A stretch of DNA of 30,382 nucleotides, taken from IMG/VR virus record IMGVR_UViG_3300017766_002142, positions 1-30,382 of that record, one strand, 5' to 3'. The first letter of the stretch is position 1; each line of letters starts with the position of its first letter. The notes below the pieces were generated by a model. The model worked only from the letters and a program-made list of their open reading frames with translations. It was not told the origin of the DNA and did not search any database. Source of the stretch: a virus (lineage: Duplodnaviria > Caudoviricetes). The translations under genes and the position numbers were made by a program. Positions 8,102-18,800 of the stretch are shown here, in pieces.

Positions 8102-9437
8102 TGACACAGCAAGAACTGCCGATGACGTTAAAATATTAGAATTGACATTGATTAGTTCTAGTGGTCGAAACGCAGATTTAACAAAAATATTTAATGTGAT
8201 TAACATATATGAAGATATTTTTGAGCACGTTATTAAAGGGACAATTCAATTAATTGATGGTGTTAACTTATTGAGTGAGTTTAGTGTTCATGGCAATGAG
8301 TTTTTAAAGGTAGCAGTAGAAAAAGTTGGATTGTCTGGTAAAGATTCTAGATATGAAAAGATATTTAGAATTTATAAAATAACAGACAGAGAAAAATCTC
8401 CTGCTTCTCAAACACAAACTTATGTGTTGCATTTTTGTTCAGAAGAATTATTGTTTTCAAATCAACAATCTATATCTAGATCATTTACTGGAGAAAACAC
8501 CAGTAATTATATTAAAGCAATTTGCAAGAGTGATCTACAGATCTCTAATTCTAAATTTGGTGCTTTTGATCAATCTAAAGGTCCGAATGAATTTGCTTTG
8601 ATAAGAAAAAAACCACTTGAAGCCATACAATATCTAGCAGAACAATCTTTTGGAGAATTTAATTCACCATTCTTTTTTTATGAAAATAAAAATGGATTTA
8701 ATTTCCAATCTTTATTGAACATTTATAAAAGCGCATCATTGGGTGAATTAATTTATGACAGAGCAGCATATACGGTAGACTCGAATAAAAGCCCATACTC
8801 AAACCTTAACAAAATTAAATCATTTAAATTTAACAATAATTTTGACATTGATAAAGCAACTCAAGAAGGAATGTATAGTTCAAAACTATACACACTAGAT
8901 TTAATTAGACAAAAATATGTTAAAAATGAAATTTCAATATTAGACGAACAAACTAAACAAATTATGATTGATGGATATTTTCCGTTTAACGAAAGCACCA
9001 ACAAAAAAAATGAACCATTATATGCTGCATATGACTCTAGAGTTAGATATTGGTTAACAAATAAAAATCACTCAAATTTGCCATATTTTATTTCTAAAAG
9101 AGTTAGATCTAACGATACGTATGTAGAAGAAATGTTAGCGCAAAGAAAAATGTTAATAGAAGCAATAAACAATACTGAATTACATTGCGTTGTACCAGGA
9201 AATCCATTGTATTCAGTTGGATATACTTTAAATATTAAAATTCCAGCGTTTAGTGTTGATCAAGAAAATCAACAAAATTATGATAAATATTATTCTGGCA
9301 CTTACTTAATTTCTGCGATTAGGAACGTTATTACACCAGCATCATGGCAAACAGTAATTGAACTTTCTAAAAATTCTGTAGCAGCACCATTGAGCAGCGC
9401 TGCTGGTAATTATCACAAAATAGCCCAACGAATTTAA
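8094..9437 (+). CDS. Baseplate hub protein, gp27-like
   Basis: INIYEDIF...G.I.L.D, YVLHFCS.E, FFFYENKNGFNFQSL, VPGNP, SGTYLISAI; located between gp53 and gp5. Confidence 0.78.
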   Translation: MINDTARTADDVKILELTLISSSGRNADLTKIFNVINIYEDIFEHVIKGTIQLIDGVNLLSEFSVHGNEFLKVAVEKVGLSGKDSRYEKIFRIYKITDREKSPASQTQTYVLHFCSEELLFSNQQSISRSFTGENTSNYIKAICKSDLQISNSKFGAFDQSKGPNEFALIRKKPLEAIQYLAEQSFGEFNSPFFFYENKNGFNFQSLLNIYKSASLGELIYDRAAYTVDSNKSPYSNLNKIKSFKFNNNFDIDKATQEGMYSSKLYTLDLIRQKYVKNEISILDEQTKQIMIDGYFPFNESTNKKNEPLYAAYDSRVRYWLTNKNHSNLPYFISKRVRSNDTYVEEMLAQRKMLIEAINNTELHCVVPGNPLYSVGYTLNIKIPAFSVDQENQQNYDKYYSGTYLISAIRNVITPASWQTVIELSKNSVAAPLSSAAGNYHKIAQRI

Positions 9438-9439
9438 CA

Positions 9440-11032
9440 ATGAATACTGATTTCTTAGGTTTAAATAATTTTGTTTGGTGGTTCGGTGTAGTTGAAAATC
9501 GCCTAGACCCATTAGAACTTGGGCGTTGCCAAGTTCGTTGTTTCGGTTGGCATACTGAAGACATTAATCAACTCCCGATAGAAAAACTGCCTTGGGCGCA
9601 CCCAATAATTCCATATGGCAATAAAAATGTGCAACCTCCAGCCGAAGGAATATTGGTTTTTGGATTTTTTGCTGACGGAAAAGACGGTCAATATCCAATC
9701 ATAATTGGAACTGTTCCTGGAATCCCAGATGAAATTAGACAAAATAATATGGGATTTACAGATCCATATACAGATGAACAAAAAGCATTAAGCGATTTCC
9801 CTAAAAAAATTAAAGACTATATGATGAGAACCAATGCGCAAGGTCTCTCATTCACAAATGACGTTTCTAAGAGAAATCCATCAAGATTAAATGAACCGAC
9901 AGTTTCTAGATTAGCCAGACCAACTAGAGTTACTGGCGAAGATGGATTTTACCAAGGAATAGAACCAGCATCGATCGCAAATACTACTATTGAAGTTCAA
10001 CGTAAAACTCGCTATGCTAATGTTGTTAGTGCTTCTGGATATAAATGGAGCGAACCATATCCATCATTTAACGCTATGTATCCATTTAATGATGTGATTG
10101 AGAGTGAATCGGGGCACGCTTTTGAACTAGACGATACTCCTGATTTCGAGCGCGTGCAACTATCTCATAGAACAGGTTCTACGCTAGAATTTTTACCAGA
10201 AGGTCACGTTAAACTTAAATCTCAAAAATCTAGATTTGACGTTACCATGGGAAATCACCAATCATATGTGAATGGAAGTAAAGACGAAACTGTTCAATCA
10301 GATATGTTTTTAAGAATAAACGGTAAACTTGTAATTCAATGTGCTGGATTGGACATTTCTTCTCAAGGTCCAATTAACATGAAGGGTACTGAAGTTAACA
10401 TAAAAGCAGACGGCAATTTAAATCTTGGGTCTGGGGCAGCAACTAGAATCTCTGCATTTGATGTTGAATTGCTAGGATCTAATTCCTTCAGATCTTATGG
10501 TGGTTTAGAGGCAACAATGCAAAGCGCAGCGACTGCTTCTGTTGGTGGATTGAATACGCTGCTCAGTGGTGGAACAGTAGAGTTAGAAGGCATATTATTA
10601 AAGAGCACATTCGGAATTCATGACTTTTTAACACCACTACCTGTAACAGCCAAGCTCGGTAAAGTTGCTACGACTGCTTCACCACCTACGAATACAGCAG
10701 CAGAATTAGGTCCAAGAAATTCACCGTTTGCTGCACCAAAACCAAAGACTGATCGGTTCTCTGTTATTGAAACCACGACAACAGAAACTGCAAATACACC
10801 AAAGACACAATCTCTTGGTGTTGCGCCAACATTCCCAACTGTGGTTGGGAATACCGTTGCTAAAATAGATGAGGTCACTGGGGCACTAAATATTAGCATT
10901 ACGATGCCACAAGTAAATATTACAGACGACGCTCAAAACCCAGTTCAAATATCTACAGAAACTGAAACTGGAGTTATAGAAGCGCCAGATTTTACTAGTG
11001 CTTCTGCCACTGCTAATACTGCTCCAGGATAA
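9440..11032 (+). CDS. gp5: Baseplate central spike gp5 (OB-fold plus beta-helix, no lysozyme domain)
   Basis: FVWWFGVVENRLDPLELGRCQVRCFGWH, LPWA, VFGFFADG..Q.P.IIG, YPFN.V.ESESGH..E.DDTP..ER...HRTG. Confidence 0.92.
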   Translation: MNTDFLGLNNFVWWFGVVENRLDPLELGRCQVRCFGWHTEDINQLPIEKLPWAHPIIPYGNKNVQPPAEGILVFGFFADGKDGQYPIIIGTVPGIPDEIRQNNMGFTDPYTDEQKALSDFPKKIKDYMMRTNAQGLSFTNDVSKRNPSRLNEPTVSRLARPTRVTGEDGFYQGIEPASIANTTIEVQRKTRYANVVSASGYKWSEPYPSFNAMYPFNDVIESESGHAFELDDTPDFERVQLSHRTGSTLEFLPEGHVKLKSQKSRFDVTMGNHQSYVNGSKDETVQSDMFLRINGKLVIQCAGLDISSQGPINMKGTEVNIKADGNLNLGSGAATRISAFDVELLGSNSFRSYGGLEATMQSAATASVGGLNTLLSGGTVELEGILLKSTFGIHDFLTPLPVTAKLGKVATTASPPTNTAAELGPRNSPFAAPKPKTDRFSVIETTTTETANTPKTQSLGVAPTFPTVVGNTVAKIDEVTGALNISITMPQVNITDDAQNPVQISTETETGVIEAPDFTSASATANTAPG

Positions 11033-11035
11033 GTT

Positions 11036-11224
11036 ATGTGTTTAATGGCAGAAGATGTAACGAAGTATAATTTAATTATGAAAAAAATTGGTGTCTATGA
11101 GATACTTTCCGAATCAGATATAGAATTTCTAAAAGAGCATAAAATAGAACACATTTACAAATCATACCAAACTCTTTTGGATATGATGAAACAGCGAGGT
11201 AACGTGTCTTCATTGGTAAAATAA
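11036..11224 (+). CDS. Hypothetical protein, 62 aa
   Basis: Starts 3 nt after the gp5 stop with AGGA upstream and fills the operon gap. No recognised motif; not PAAR-like. Confidence 0.65.
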   Translation: MCLMAEDVTKYNLIMKKIGVYEILSESDIEFLKEHKIEHIYKSYQTLLDMMKQRGNVSSLVK

Positions 11225-11292
11225 TTGGAAAAATTATCAAGATTATTCTCTGTCTAATCGGAGGATTACCATTACTTCAGACTCTGTCAATT

Positions 11293-13320
11293 ATGTTTAC
11301 AGGGAAGCCCATTGCATTTTCAAAAGGGGCTTTCGGTAGCCTTGGCGGTAAATTCGAAGAACTCTCTAAGAAAATTGCCGAGAGCGTCAAGAAAGGCAAA
11401 GAATGGTTAAATAACTTTAAGAAAGATTTTATTAATCCTCTTCTTAATGGCACAATCATCACTCAATATAAGAGAGACGCGAACGGCAACATTCTTCGCG
11501 ATGAAAATGGCAATGCATTAGTTGAGAAATCGACTAATTTTATATCACCGCTGTCCGAACTTAATGCTAAAATCGACAAGTATACTGAGAATAATTATGC
11601 TGGACTACAGGCTGCGCTCCCAGGATTATTCAGTAACACAGAACCAACAATTGTTGCAGCCAGAAATAATTTGCTGGATAAACTTGGTAGGGCAGATCAA
11701 GCAGCATCATATCGCATTGGACCCTTTACCATTGGTGAGTTAAGTGAAATAGGAACATCTGCTGATACTAGTTTTGTTCAAACAATTAGCGATTTTACCG
11801 ACCATACAAATCAATTAGCAGGTGTTAGTTACGATAGTGTTAAATTTACACTACAAAGAATTTATGGTGATGTATCAGTCACTGGAGCAACAGCGAACAT
11901 CATATCATCAACAGTTGTATCTCCAAACTTAAGATCTACTGTTTATCCTGCCACCAATATCGGCGATTTGGTCATCGTTAATAGTGAAGAAAGAAGAGTT
12001 ATTGATAAAGGATTTACGTCAGCACCATCTGGAACAGTGTCTGTATATACCGATACAGTTGCAAACAGTGTTACTGTAACCAGCGCATCTATAGCAACAC
12101 TAAATTTGGCTGATTGTTTATTGAGTTCTACTGGAACTTTAAAGGTTGGATCTGGAACATTCATAAATGTCAATAATGAAATTCGCCAAGTAAACAGTAT
12201 TAACGCTCTTGGTGACTATTTGACGGTTTATATTCCATTTAGAAACACAGCAACTGCCCAACCTTTCTTTAAAGAAACAACATTCACAGTCAACACGGCA
12301 TTTACTACCACTGCAACAGATCAAACCGTTAAGATTAAATCAGAATTTATTGCTAATAGTTTGTGTTTAGATAACGTAATTACTGGTCGAGGCACCTCAT
12401 TTACCTCATATCTTGCTGCTAATAACAAAATTTATTATGACGAAAAAGAATATTTTGTTATTTCTGTAACAGATACAACTATTGTTGTTGATGAACCATT
12501 GCGGTTCACTAATAACTTTCCGATTTTTAAGGTAACTGGAGAAACAGCTTCTCTTAATTTTGCAGAAGATAGCAATTCACCAGACGACATTTTGAGTACA
12601 TTTAGCCTTGTTGGTCAGCTGACTAATGATAAAAATTTCCTAAACGGATTTACCACAACAGTTAGAAGGGCTAATGGAACTTATCAAACTGTAAACGCAT
12701 CCAATGCATCAGACTCCGCTCAATCTCTACTGCAAGCTGAGTTATTGAGAAGGGGCAATTCATTACTTACAGAAATGATTAACGACCTTCGTGGAGATGC
12801 TATTAATAAACTTACCACATCCCAAGTTGTTGCTCAAATTCAAGGATTCGACACTAGACTTACAAATATCCGCAATGACGTTAAAGACGTCATTGAACAA
12901 GATCTTGCAGTTATAAACAAGGTTAAGGGGCTTTTGAAAGGACTAATTAAACTTTTCACAACCTCTTGCTCCAAGAAAAAGCGTAAAGATGGCGATGCGA
13001 CCTCTGACGATTATCTAGATCTAATCTTAGTTCCTAATCCTGAAAGACAAGGATGTGATGCCACAACTAGCGACTTTACTGACATACTAGACGATATCGA
13101 CGTAGAGTTTAACGACCCACAAATAACTAATCCGAATACATTTGACCCTCCATCAGGAACTATTCCTCAGAATGACATGTTGAATCCTGGCGACCAGTTA
13201 GTTGGACCATATCCAGGTCGACCAGTAATAGGCGTGGACGATGATGGATTGTCTAATAATCTTGATAATAATGATCCGAATATAAAGGCGCCAGAAGATC
13301 CTTGCGCTAAACCATGCTAA
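11293..13320 (+). CDS. Hypothetical, probably virion structural protein; true start probably upstream (frame open from 11203)
   Basis: At least 675 aa. Helical N- and C-regions flank three beta-rich modules shared with gp7/gp8/VrlC; acidic, Pro- and Cys-containing C-tail. Confidence 0.85.
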   Translation: MFTGKPIAFSKGAFGSLGGKFEELSKKIAESVKKGKEWLNNFKKDFINPLLNGTIITQYKRDANGNILRDENGNALVEKSTNFISPLSELNAKIDKYTENNYAGLQAALPGLFSNTEPTIVAARNNLLDKLGRADQAASYRIGPFTIGELSEIGTSADTSFVQTISDFTDHTNQLAGVSYDSVKFTLQRIYGDVSVTGATANIISSTVVSPNLRSTVYPATNIGDLVIVNSEERRVIDKGFTSAPSGTVSVYTDTVANSVTVTSASIATLNLADCLLSSTGTLKVGSGTFINVNNEIRQVNSINALGDYLTVYIPFRNTATAQPFFKETTFTVNTAFTTTATDQTVKIKSEFIANSLCLDNVITGRGTSFTSYLAANNKIYYDEKEYFVISVTDTTIVVDEPLRFTNNFPIFKVTGETASLNFAEDSNSPDDILSTFSLVGQLTNDKNFLNGFTTTVRRANGTYQTVNASNASDSAQSLLQAELLRRGNSLLTEMINDLRGDAINKLTTSQVVAQIQGFDTRLTNIRNDVKDVIEQDLAVINKVKGLLKGLIKLFTTSCSKKKRKDGDATSDDYLDLILVPNPERQGCDATTSDFTDILDDIDVEFNDPQITNPNTFDPPSGTIPQNDMLNPGDQLVGPYPGRPVIGVDDDGLSNNLDNNDPNIKAPEDPCAKPC

Positions 13321-13323
13321 ATA
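13317..13323 (+). promoter_or_regulatory. Possible late promoter (CTAAATA) upstream of gp25
   Basis: Variant late motif overlapping the upstream stop codon, 24 nt before the gp25 ATG. Confidence 0.5.
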
Positions 13324-13347
13324 TATCAATACCAAAAGAGCATTTAG

Positions 13348-13740
13348 ATGTCGATTACAGTTAGAGAATATAAAGACTTAGATTTAAATTTCAAAGCGCA
13401 TCCAGTTACTAAAGATGTAATTAAACGCACTGGGAATGCCGCTATTATTGGAGCATTGCGCAATTTAATCTTGACTAACCTTTATGAGAAACCATTTCAA
13501 CCTAGTTTTGGTTCTAGAGTTCGTGGGTTATTATTCGAAGAAGTCTCATTTATTACTGCTAACGTTTTGCAAACAGAATTGAGTAATGCAATTGCCAATT
13601 TTGAGCCTCGCGTTGGTATAGATGCTATAAAAGTGCAGGCTAACCCAGAAGAAAATCGATATGATGTCGCTATTCGATTTTACATAAATAATCTAGAAGC
13701 CCCAGTTACAATCAACTTTTTCTTAGAGAAAATCCGTTAA
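13348..13740 (+). CDS. gp25: Baseplate wedge subunit gp25
   Basis: YKDLDLNF..HPVT.D, NLILT..YEKPFQP.FGS, LLFE, FEPRV. Confidence 0.95.
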   Translation: MSITVREYKDLDLNFKAHPVTKDVIKRTGNAAIIGALRNLILTNLYEKPFQPSFGSRVRGLLFEEVSFITANVLQTELSNAIANFEPRVGIDAIKVQANPEENRYDVAIRFYINNLEAPVTINFFLEKIR

Positions 13741-15809
13741 TGGCAAACACAGACCAGAAACTCGTAGTCTCTGAGTTAGACTTCGCGCAAATAAAAAATA
13801 ATCTTAAGAATTTCCTCAGAGATCAGTCTGAATTTTCAGACTTTGATTTCGAGGCAGCTGGCATTAATGTTTTGCTAGATGTTCTAGCATATAATACCCA
13901 TTATATGGCTTATTATAACAATATGATTGCTAATGAAATGTTTTTGGATACAGCGTTATTGCGCGACTCTGTTGTCTCCCACGCTAAAATGTTGGGATAT
14001 ACTCCAGTTTCCTCTATTGCGCCACGAGCAACTGTTAACCTGCAAATAACACGACCAGCTGGAGATACAACTCCTTCGTTAACATTACCTAAATTTACAA
14101 GATTACAGTCAACTCCACTAAATGGAATTTCATACACATTTGTGAATGTTGATACAAAAACTGTAGACTATGACCCAACATGTAATAGATTCTGTTTCGA
14201 CGATTTGTATATCTACCAAGGTCAGCCTCTAACGTATACATTTGCATATAATTCTACTAACAATGAATCACAGTCATTTGAGTTACCAGATGCTGGAATT
14301 GATACGTCAACAATAGAAGTTTTAGTTCAAGAATCATCAACAAGTTTAAAGACGGAAAGATATTTGTTGGCAACTGATATAACAACTGTTGCATCAAATA
14401 ATGCGGTTTATTTTATAGAAGAATCGCGCAATGGCAAATATAAAATATACTTTGGCGATGGAGTTATTGGTAAATCATTAATTAATGGTAATATTGTTAT
14501 TGTGAATTATTTGAGAACAGATGGCGCAGTTGCGAATAAGTGTAATGCGTTTAGTCTAATTGGTTCTGTTGGTGGCTTTACTAATTCTATTGTATATCCA
14601 ATAAAAGCAGCATCTGGTGGAACAGGGCAAGAATCAATATCAAAAATTAGATTTAGTGCACCAAAAGCATATGTGTCTAGTAATCGTGGCGTGACCACAG
14701 ATGACTTGATCGCATTAATCAATAAAAATTATCCATACTTTGAAGCAGTAAATGTTTGGGGTGGTGAAGAAAATGATCCACCAATTTATGGAAAGGTGTT
14801 TATTGCTGCTAAACCAACACTAGGATTCGAAATTACAGAAACAGAAAAAATTGATGTGATCAATAATATCATTAAACCAGTTTCTGTTGTTACAGTTTTA
14901 CCAGAATTCGTTAACGTTGATTATAGTTATTTAAATATTTTTGCAGAAGTTAATTATGATAAAAGCAAAACAACTAAATCTGCAGATAGTATAAAAGCCA
15001 CAATAAGAAATGCTATAGTTAATTTTAAAAATGGTGAATTGGATAAATTTAACAGCAAATTTAAATTATCTAGATTATTAAGAGCCATTGACGATTCAGA
15101 TATTTCTATTTCTTATTCTGACGCTTTTACATTAATTGAAAAACGTGTCATACCGCAAATAGGTGCTGCTAGAAATTATAAATTAGATTTTAGCACCAGC
15201 CTTTCTAGAGAAGATCCAGAGTATAAACTATACTCAGCACCTGCGTTTACGCAATATGATAGCGAAGGTGTTGTTCGCTCATGTTTTTTTGAAGAAACAC
15301 CAGGATCTTCATCTGGAATAGATTCTATAGAGATAAACAGCGCAACTAGTAGTTACGACTCAGTTCCAACAATAGTTATTAATGGCGACGGTGTTGGCGC
15401 AAACGCATATCCGATTGTTGTTAATGGTAAAATTACTAGTATTGTTGTTGATGATCCAGGTGTAAACTACACCACCGCAACAGCATTGCTATACTATCAA
15501 GATGAGTTAGATTTAACAGCAACTTTTACCGTGAGTATTCAAGGTAGATATGGCGCAATTAGAAGTTATTACTTCGATGATAACAATATTAAAACAATTC
15601 TTAATGCTGAAGCAGGAACGATAGATTATGTTTTCGGTGTAATTTCGTTGAAAGAATTTGATCCTATTAATATATTAGATCCAATTAAAACATTAAGAGT
15701 TGTCGCGAAACCAAAGACTAATAATTTTGAATCATCTCGCAATCGAATCATTACTCTTGATGAAGAAGATACAGAGTCTATTAAAATTACAATTAAATCA
15801 CTTGAATAA
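13740..15809 (+). CDS. gp6: Baseplate wedge subunit gp6
   Basis: SELDF..IK.NLK.FL, F.DFDFE, LLDVLAYNTHY, ANEMFLDTA.LRDSVVSHAK.LGY.P, YFGDGVIGK, VWGGEENDPP.YGKVFI. Confidence 0.96.
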   Translation: MANTDQKLVVSELDFAQIKNNLKNFLRDQSEFSDFDFEAAGINVLLDVLAYNTHYMAYYNNMIANEMFLDTALLRDSVVSHAKMLGYTPVSSIAPRATVNLQITRPAGDTTPSLTLPKFTRLQSTPLNGISYTFVNVDTKTVDYDPTCNRFCFDDLYIYQGQPLTYTFAYNSTNNESQSFELPDAGIDTSTIEVLVQESSTSLKTERYLLATDITTVASNNAVYFIEESRNGKYKIYFGDGVIGKSLINGNIVIVNYLRTDGAVANKCNAFSLIGSVGGFTNSIVYPIKAASGGTGQESISKIRFSAPKAYVSSNRGVTTDDLIALINKNYPYFEAVNVWGGEENDPPIYGKVFIAAKPTLGFEITETEKIDVINNIIKPVSVVTVLPEFVNVDYSYLNIFAEVNYDKSKTTKSADSIKATIRNAIVNFKNGELDKFNSKFKLSRLLRAIDDSDISISYSDAFTLIEKRVIPQIGAARNYKLDFSTSLSREDPEYKLYSAPAFTQYDSEGVVRSCFFEETPGSSSGIDSIEINSATSSYDSVPTIVINGDGVGANAYPIVVNGKITSIVVDDPGVNYTTATALLYYQDELDLTATFTVSIQGRYGAIRSYYFDDNNIKTILNAEAGTIDYVFGVISLKEFDPINILDPIKTLRVVAKPKTNNFESSRNRIITLDEEDTESIKITIKSLE

Positions 15810-18800
15810 TGTTTGCAAATAACTACATTTCAACAATTGTAGAGAATCAATTGCCTGAGTTTATTCGGGCTGATCATCCAGCATTTGTAAATCTTTTGAA
15901 GAAATACTATGAGTACATGGAACAAACCAACAAAACTTTAAATGTTGGTAAAAACCTTTACGAATATATGGATGTGGATACAACTCGTGATGATTTAATT
16001 AAGTATTTTAAAACAAAAATTATTCCAAATTTTCCAGAAGAAACTGAATTATCAACTGAAAAATTATTAAAGGCTGCTAAATTCTTCTACTCTAAAAAGG
16101 GTTCTATCGATTCATTTAAATTTCTCTTTAGAACCTTGTACGGTGAAGAAATTGAAATTTATTTACCAAAACAAGATGTATTGAGAGCATCTGATGGAAA
16201 ATGGACTCTGCCTAAAGCAATTAGATTATCGTTTTTTGATAAGAGTGCTCTAATTCCTGGTGGCAATGTTAACGTATTCTCAGTCACAGCAAATACAGTA
16301 AATGCTAATGGCATTAATTTTGTAACGAAAGGTATTACAGTTAATTCATATATTCGCATTGGGGATACAAGACGTAAGGTTGTTTATGTAAATACTGCTG
16401 GTGATTATTTAAAATTAGATCTACCATATCCAAATGTTGTAGTTGATGGTGTAACATCAACACAAACGTTTGATTCTGAAAGAATCTATAAAGTAGAGTT
16501 GAGCGAATACTCAAATTTTAATGTAAAATTGTTAGAAAAACGTAGAGGAACTGGCGAAATATCCAGAACCACCTGTATCATAGAAAAAGCAATTTTAACT
16601 GTCGATCGCGAAACTGGTCGCGAATTCGTAGAGTTATACATCTCAAATATATTTAAATCATTTAATCCTGGCGAAAATCTAGTCGTAGATTATGTTGATG
16701 AAAATGGAGTCAACAAAGTATTCAAATCTAAAATTATTTCATTAATATCGAATATAAAATTATTCAGAAATCGATTTAATGTAGTTCAAACTGGAAGAAA
16801 ATATTTTACTGGAGATCCAGTTGTTATATATGGAGGACTAAACGATAGCGCAGATGCAGTCAAAGCTGTTGCTGTTGTTAATAATGTTTCTCTAGGATCT
16901 ATCGAATCAATGACTGTTGCGCAACCTGGTTATCTGTTTAGAGATGACCCTAACTCTATTGTTAGAGTTGTATCAAATACAGGTATTGGTGCGAATGTTC
17001 AAATATCTGCTATATGGGAAGATGGAGCAAACAGCGAAACATTCGAATTTAATACTGACTCAATCATCTATAAAAACGACATTGCGTTTAACAATCTAGA
17101 ATATGATTTTGATAATGTTACATCAAACATTAATTATACAATTGGCGCAGGTAACTCTACAACAACTGTAAATTTAAACACATCCACATATACAGCAAGT
17201 TCTGTTAATGACTACTATAAATCATTTGTTCTACAAATAATGGCTGGCACTGGCGCTGGCGCATCACCTAATAGCGCAACAATTACAGCATATAACGGAA
17301 CGACAAAAATTGCAACCCTTGGAACTGCGTTGAGCGTTGCTCCAGATGCAACTAGCAATGTTCGAGTTTATGCTAACGCACAAACTGAAATCGGAAGAGC
17401 AATGTCGTTTGACTCTATATTACTGGGTAAGATTAGAGCGTTAGATCTAGAAGATGGCGGATCTTTTTTTGAAGAGCCACCGACATTTGATGCGATTTCA
17501 GTTCACGATTCTGATTACTCATTAGATCAAGGACTATTGATTATTCCTAAAGGTCAATTTTCTAATTACAATAGAGAAGGCAATCCACCATCAATTCGTC
17601 TAAATTCGTCAAATGCTAATTATAGTTTGGCGAACGGATACTATACTGGCTTAAGACTATTTTTGGATGTGGGTGCTACTGCACACTACTCAACGGTCGT
17701 AGACTACATTGTAACTGATCCTGGAACATCGGCAAATGTTAAGACGCTATACCTTGATCGAATTTTTGAAAATAATATAGATGCAACAACGATTCTTAAC
17801 AAAAGTTTATTTTTTGACTTTAGACCAAATGTTCGAGGAACAGGAAAACTAGGAACATTGTTATTAAAGAAAGGCGGAACTGGATATAGCACCACGGATA
17901 ATGTTAGATTTATTGGCACTGGGTATGGCGCCAATGCATACTTAACTGTTTCCAGTGGAGTAATAACAGGGATAACATTAGATAATAGAGGAGAAGGATA
18001 CGTTGCTGTTCCCTCAATTATCATAGATAATGGTTCTGCGCCTTCTAGCGGCACTGGCGCTGAATTTGAACTTCTTTTATTGAGTGATGGTGAGTTACTT
18101 ACTGCAGAAACTAATGATATTGGACGAATTCAAGACTTTAGAGTAATTAACAGAGGGTTTGATTACGCTAACACACCTTTTGTATCTTTAAAGGTCGCTG
18201 ACATTTTGACTGATAATTTGGCTGCAGGAAAAGTTATTATTGAAGGAGATTCTGTTTGGCAGGGCGGCGCGACAAATTCTGGCGCAACCTTTCAGGCAAT
18301 TGTTGATGGTGCTTATCGAGCTGACTCAACCAATACAGTTATTCGTGTGTTTAGTTATTCAGGAAGTTTGAATGTAAACCAACCAATAAAGGTTGCGACT
18401 CAGGCTGGAAATCTAACACTAAACATATCTACGCAAAATGCAAATATCTCATTCAATAATACAAATGAAATAAAGAACCGCAAATACCCAGTATTCTATG
18501 GAGACGGTTCGGCAAAAGCGAACGCAGAATTCTCCAATGGATTGATCAATTATGATGGATTCTATTTAAATACTGATGGATTTATAAGCGCAGACAAAAA
18601 ACTTCAGAACAAAAATTACTATCATAACTATTCATACGAAATTGAATCCAGTAAATCATTGGATGACTATAAAGAAATCGTAAATCGCATTATCCACCCT
18701 GCTGGTATGCAATTACTTTCCAAATACGTTACGAAAGATGATATTGACGTAAAAAATTCTATAAAATCTAATGCGCATACTTCTAATATTGCGCAAACGA

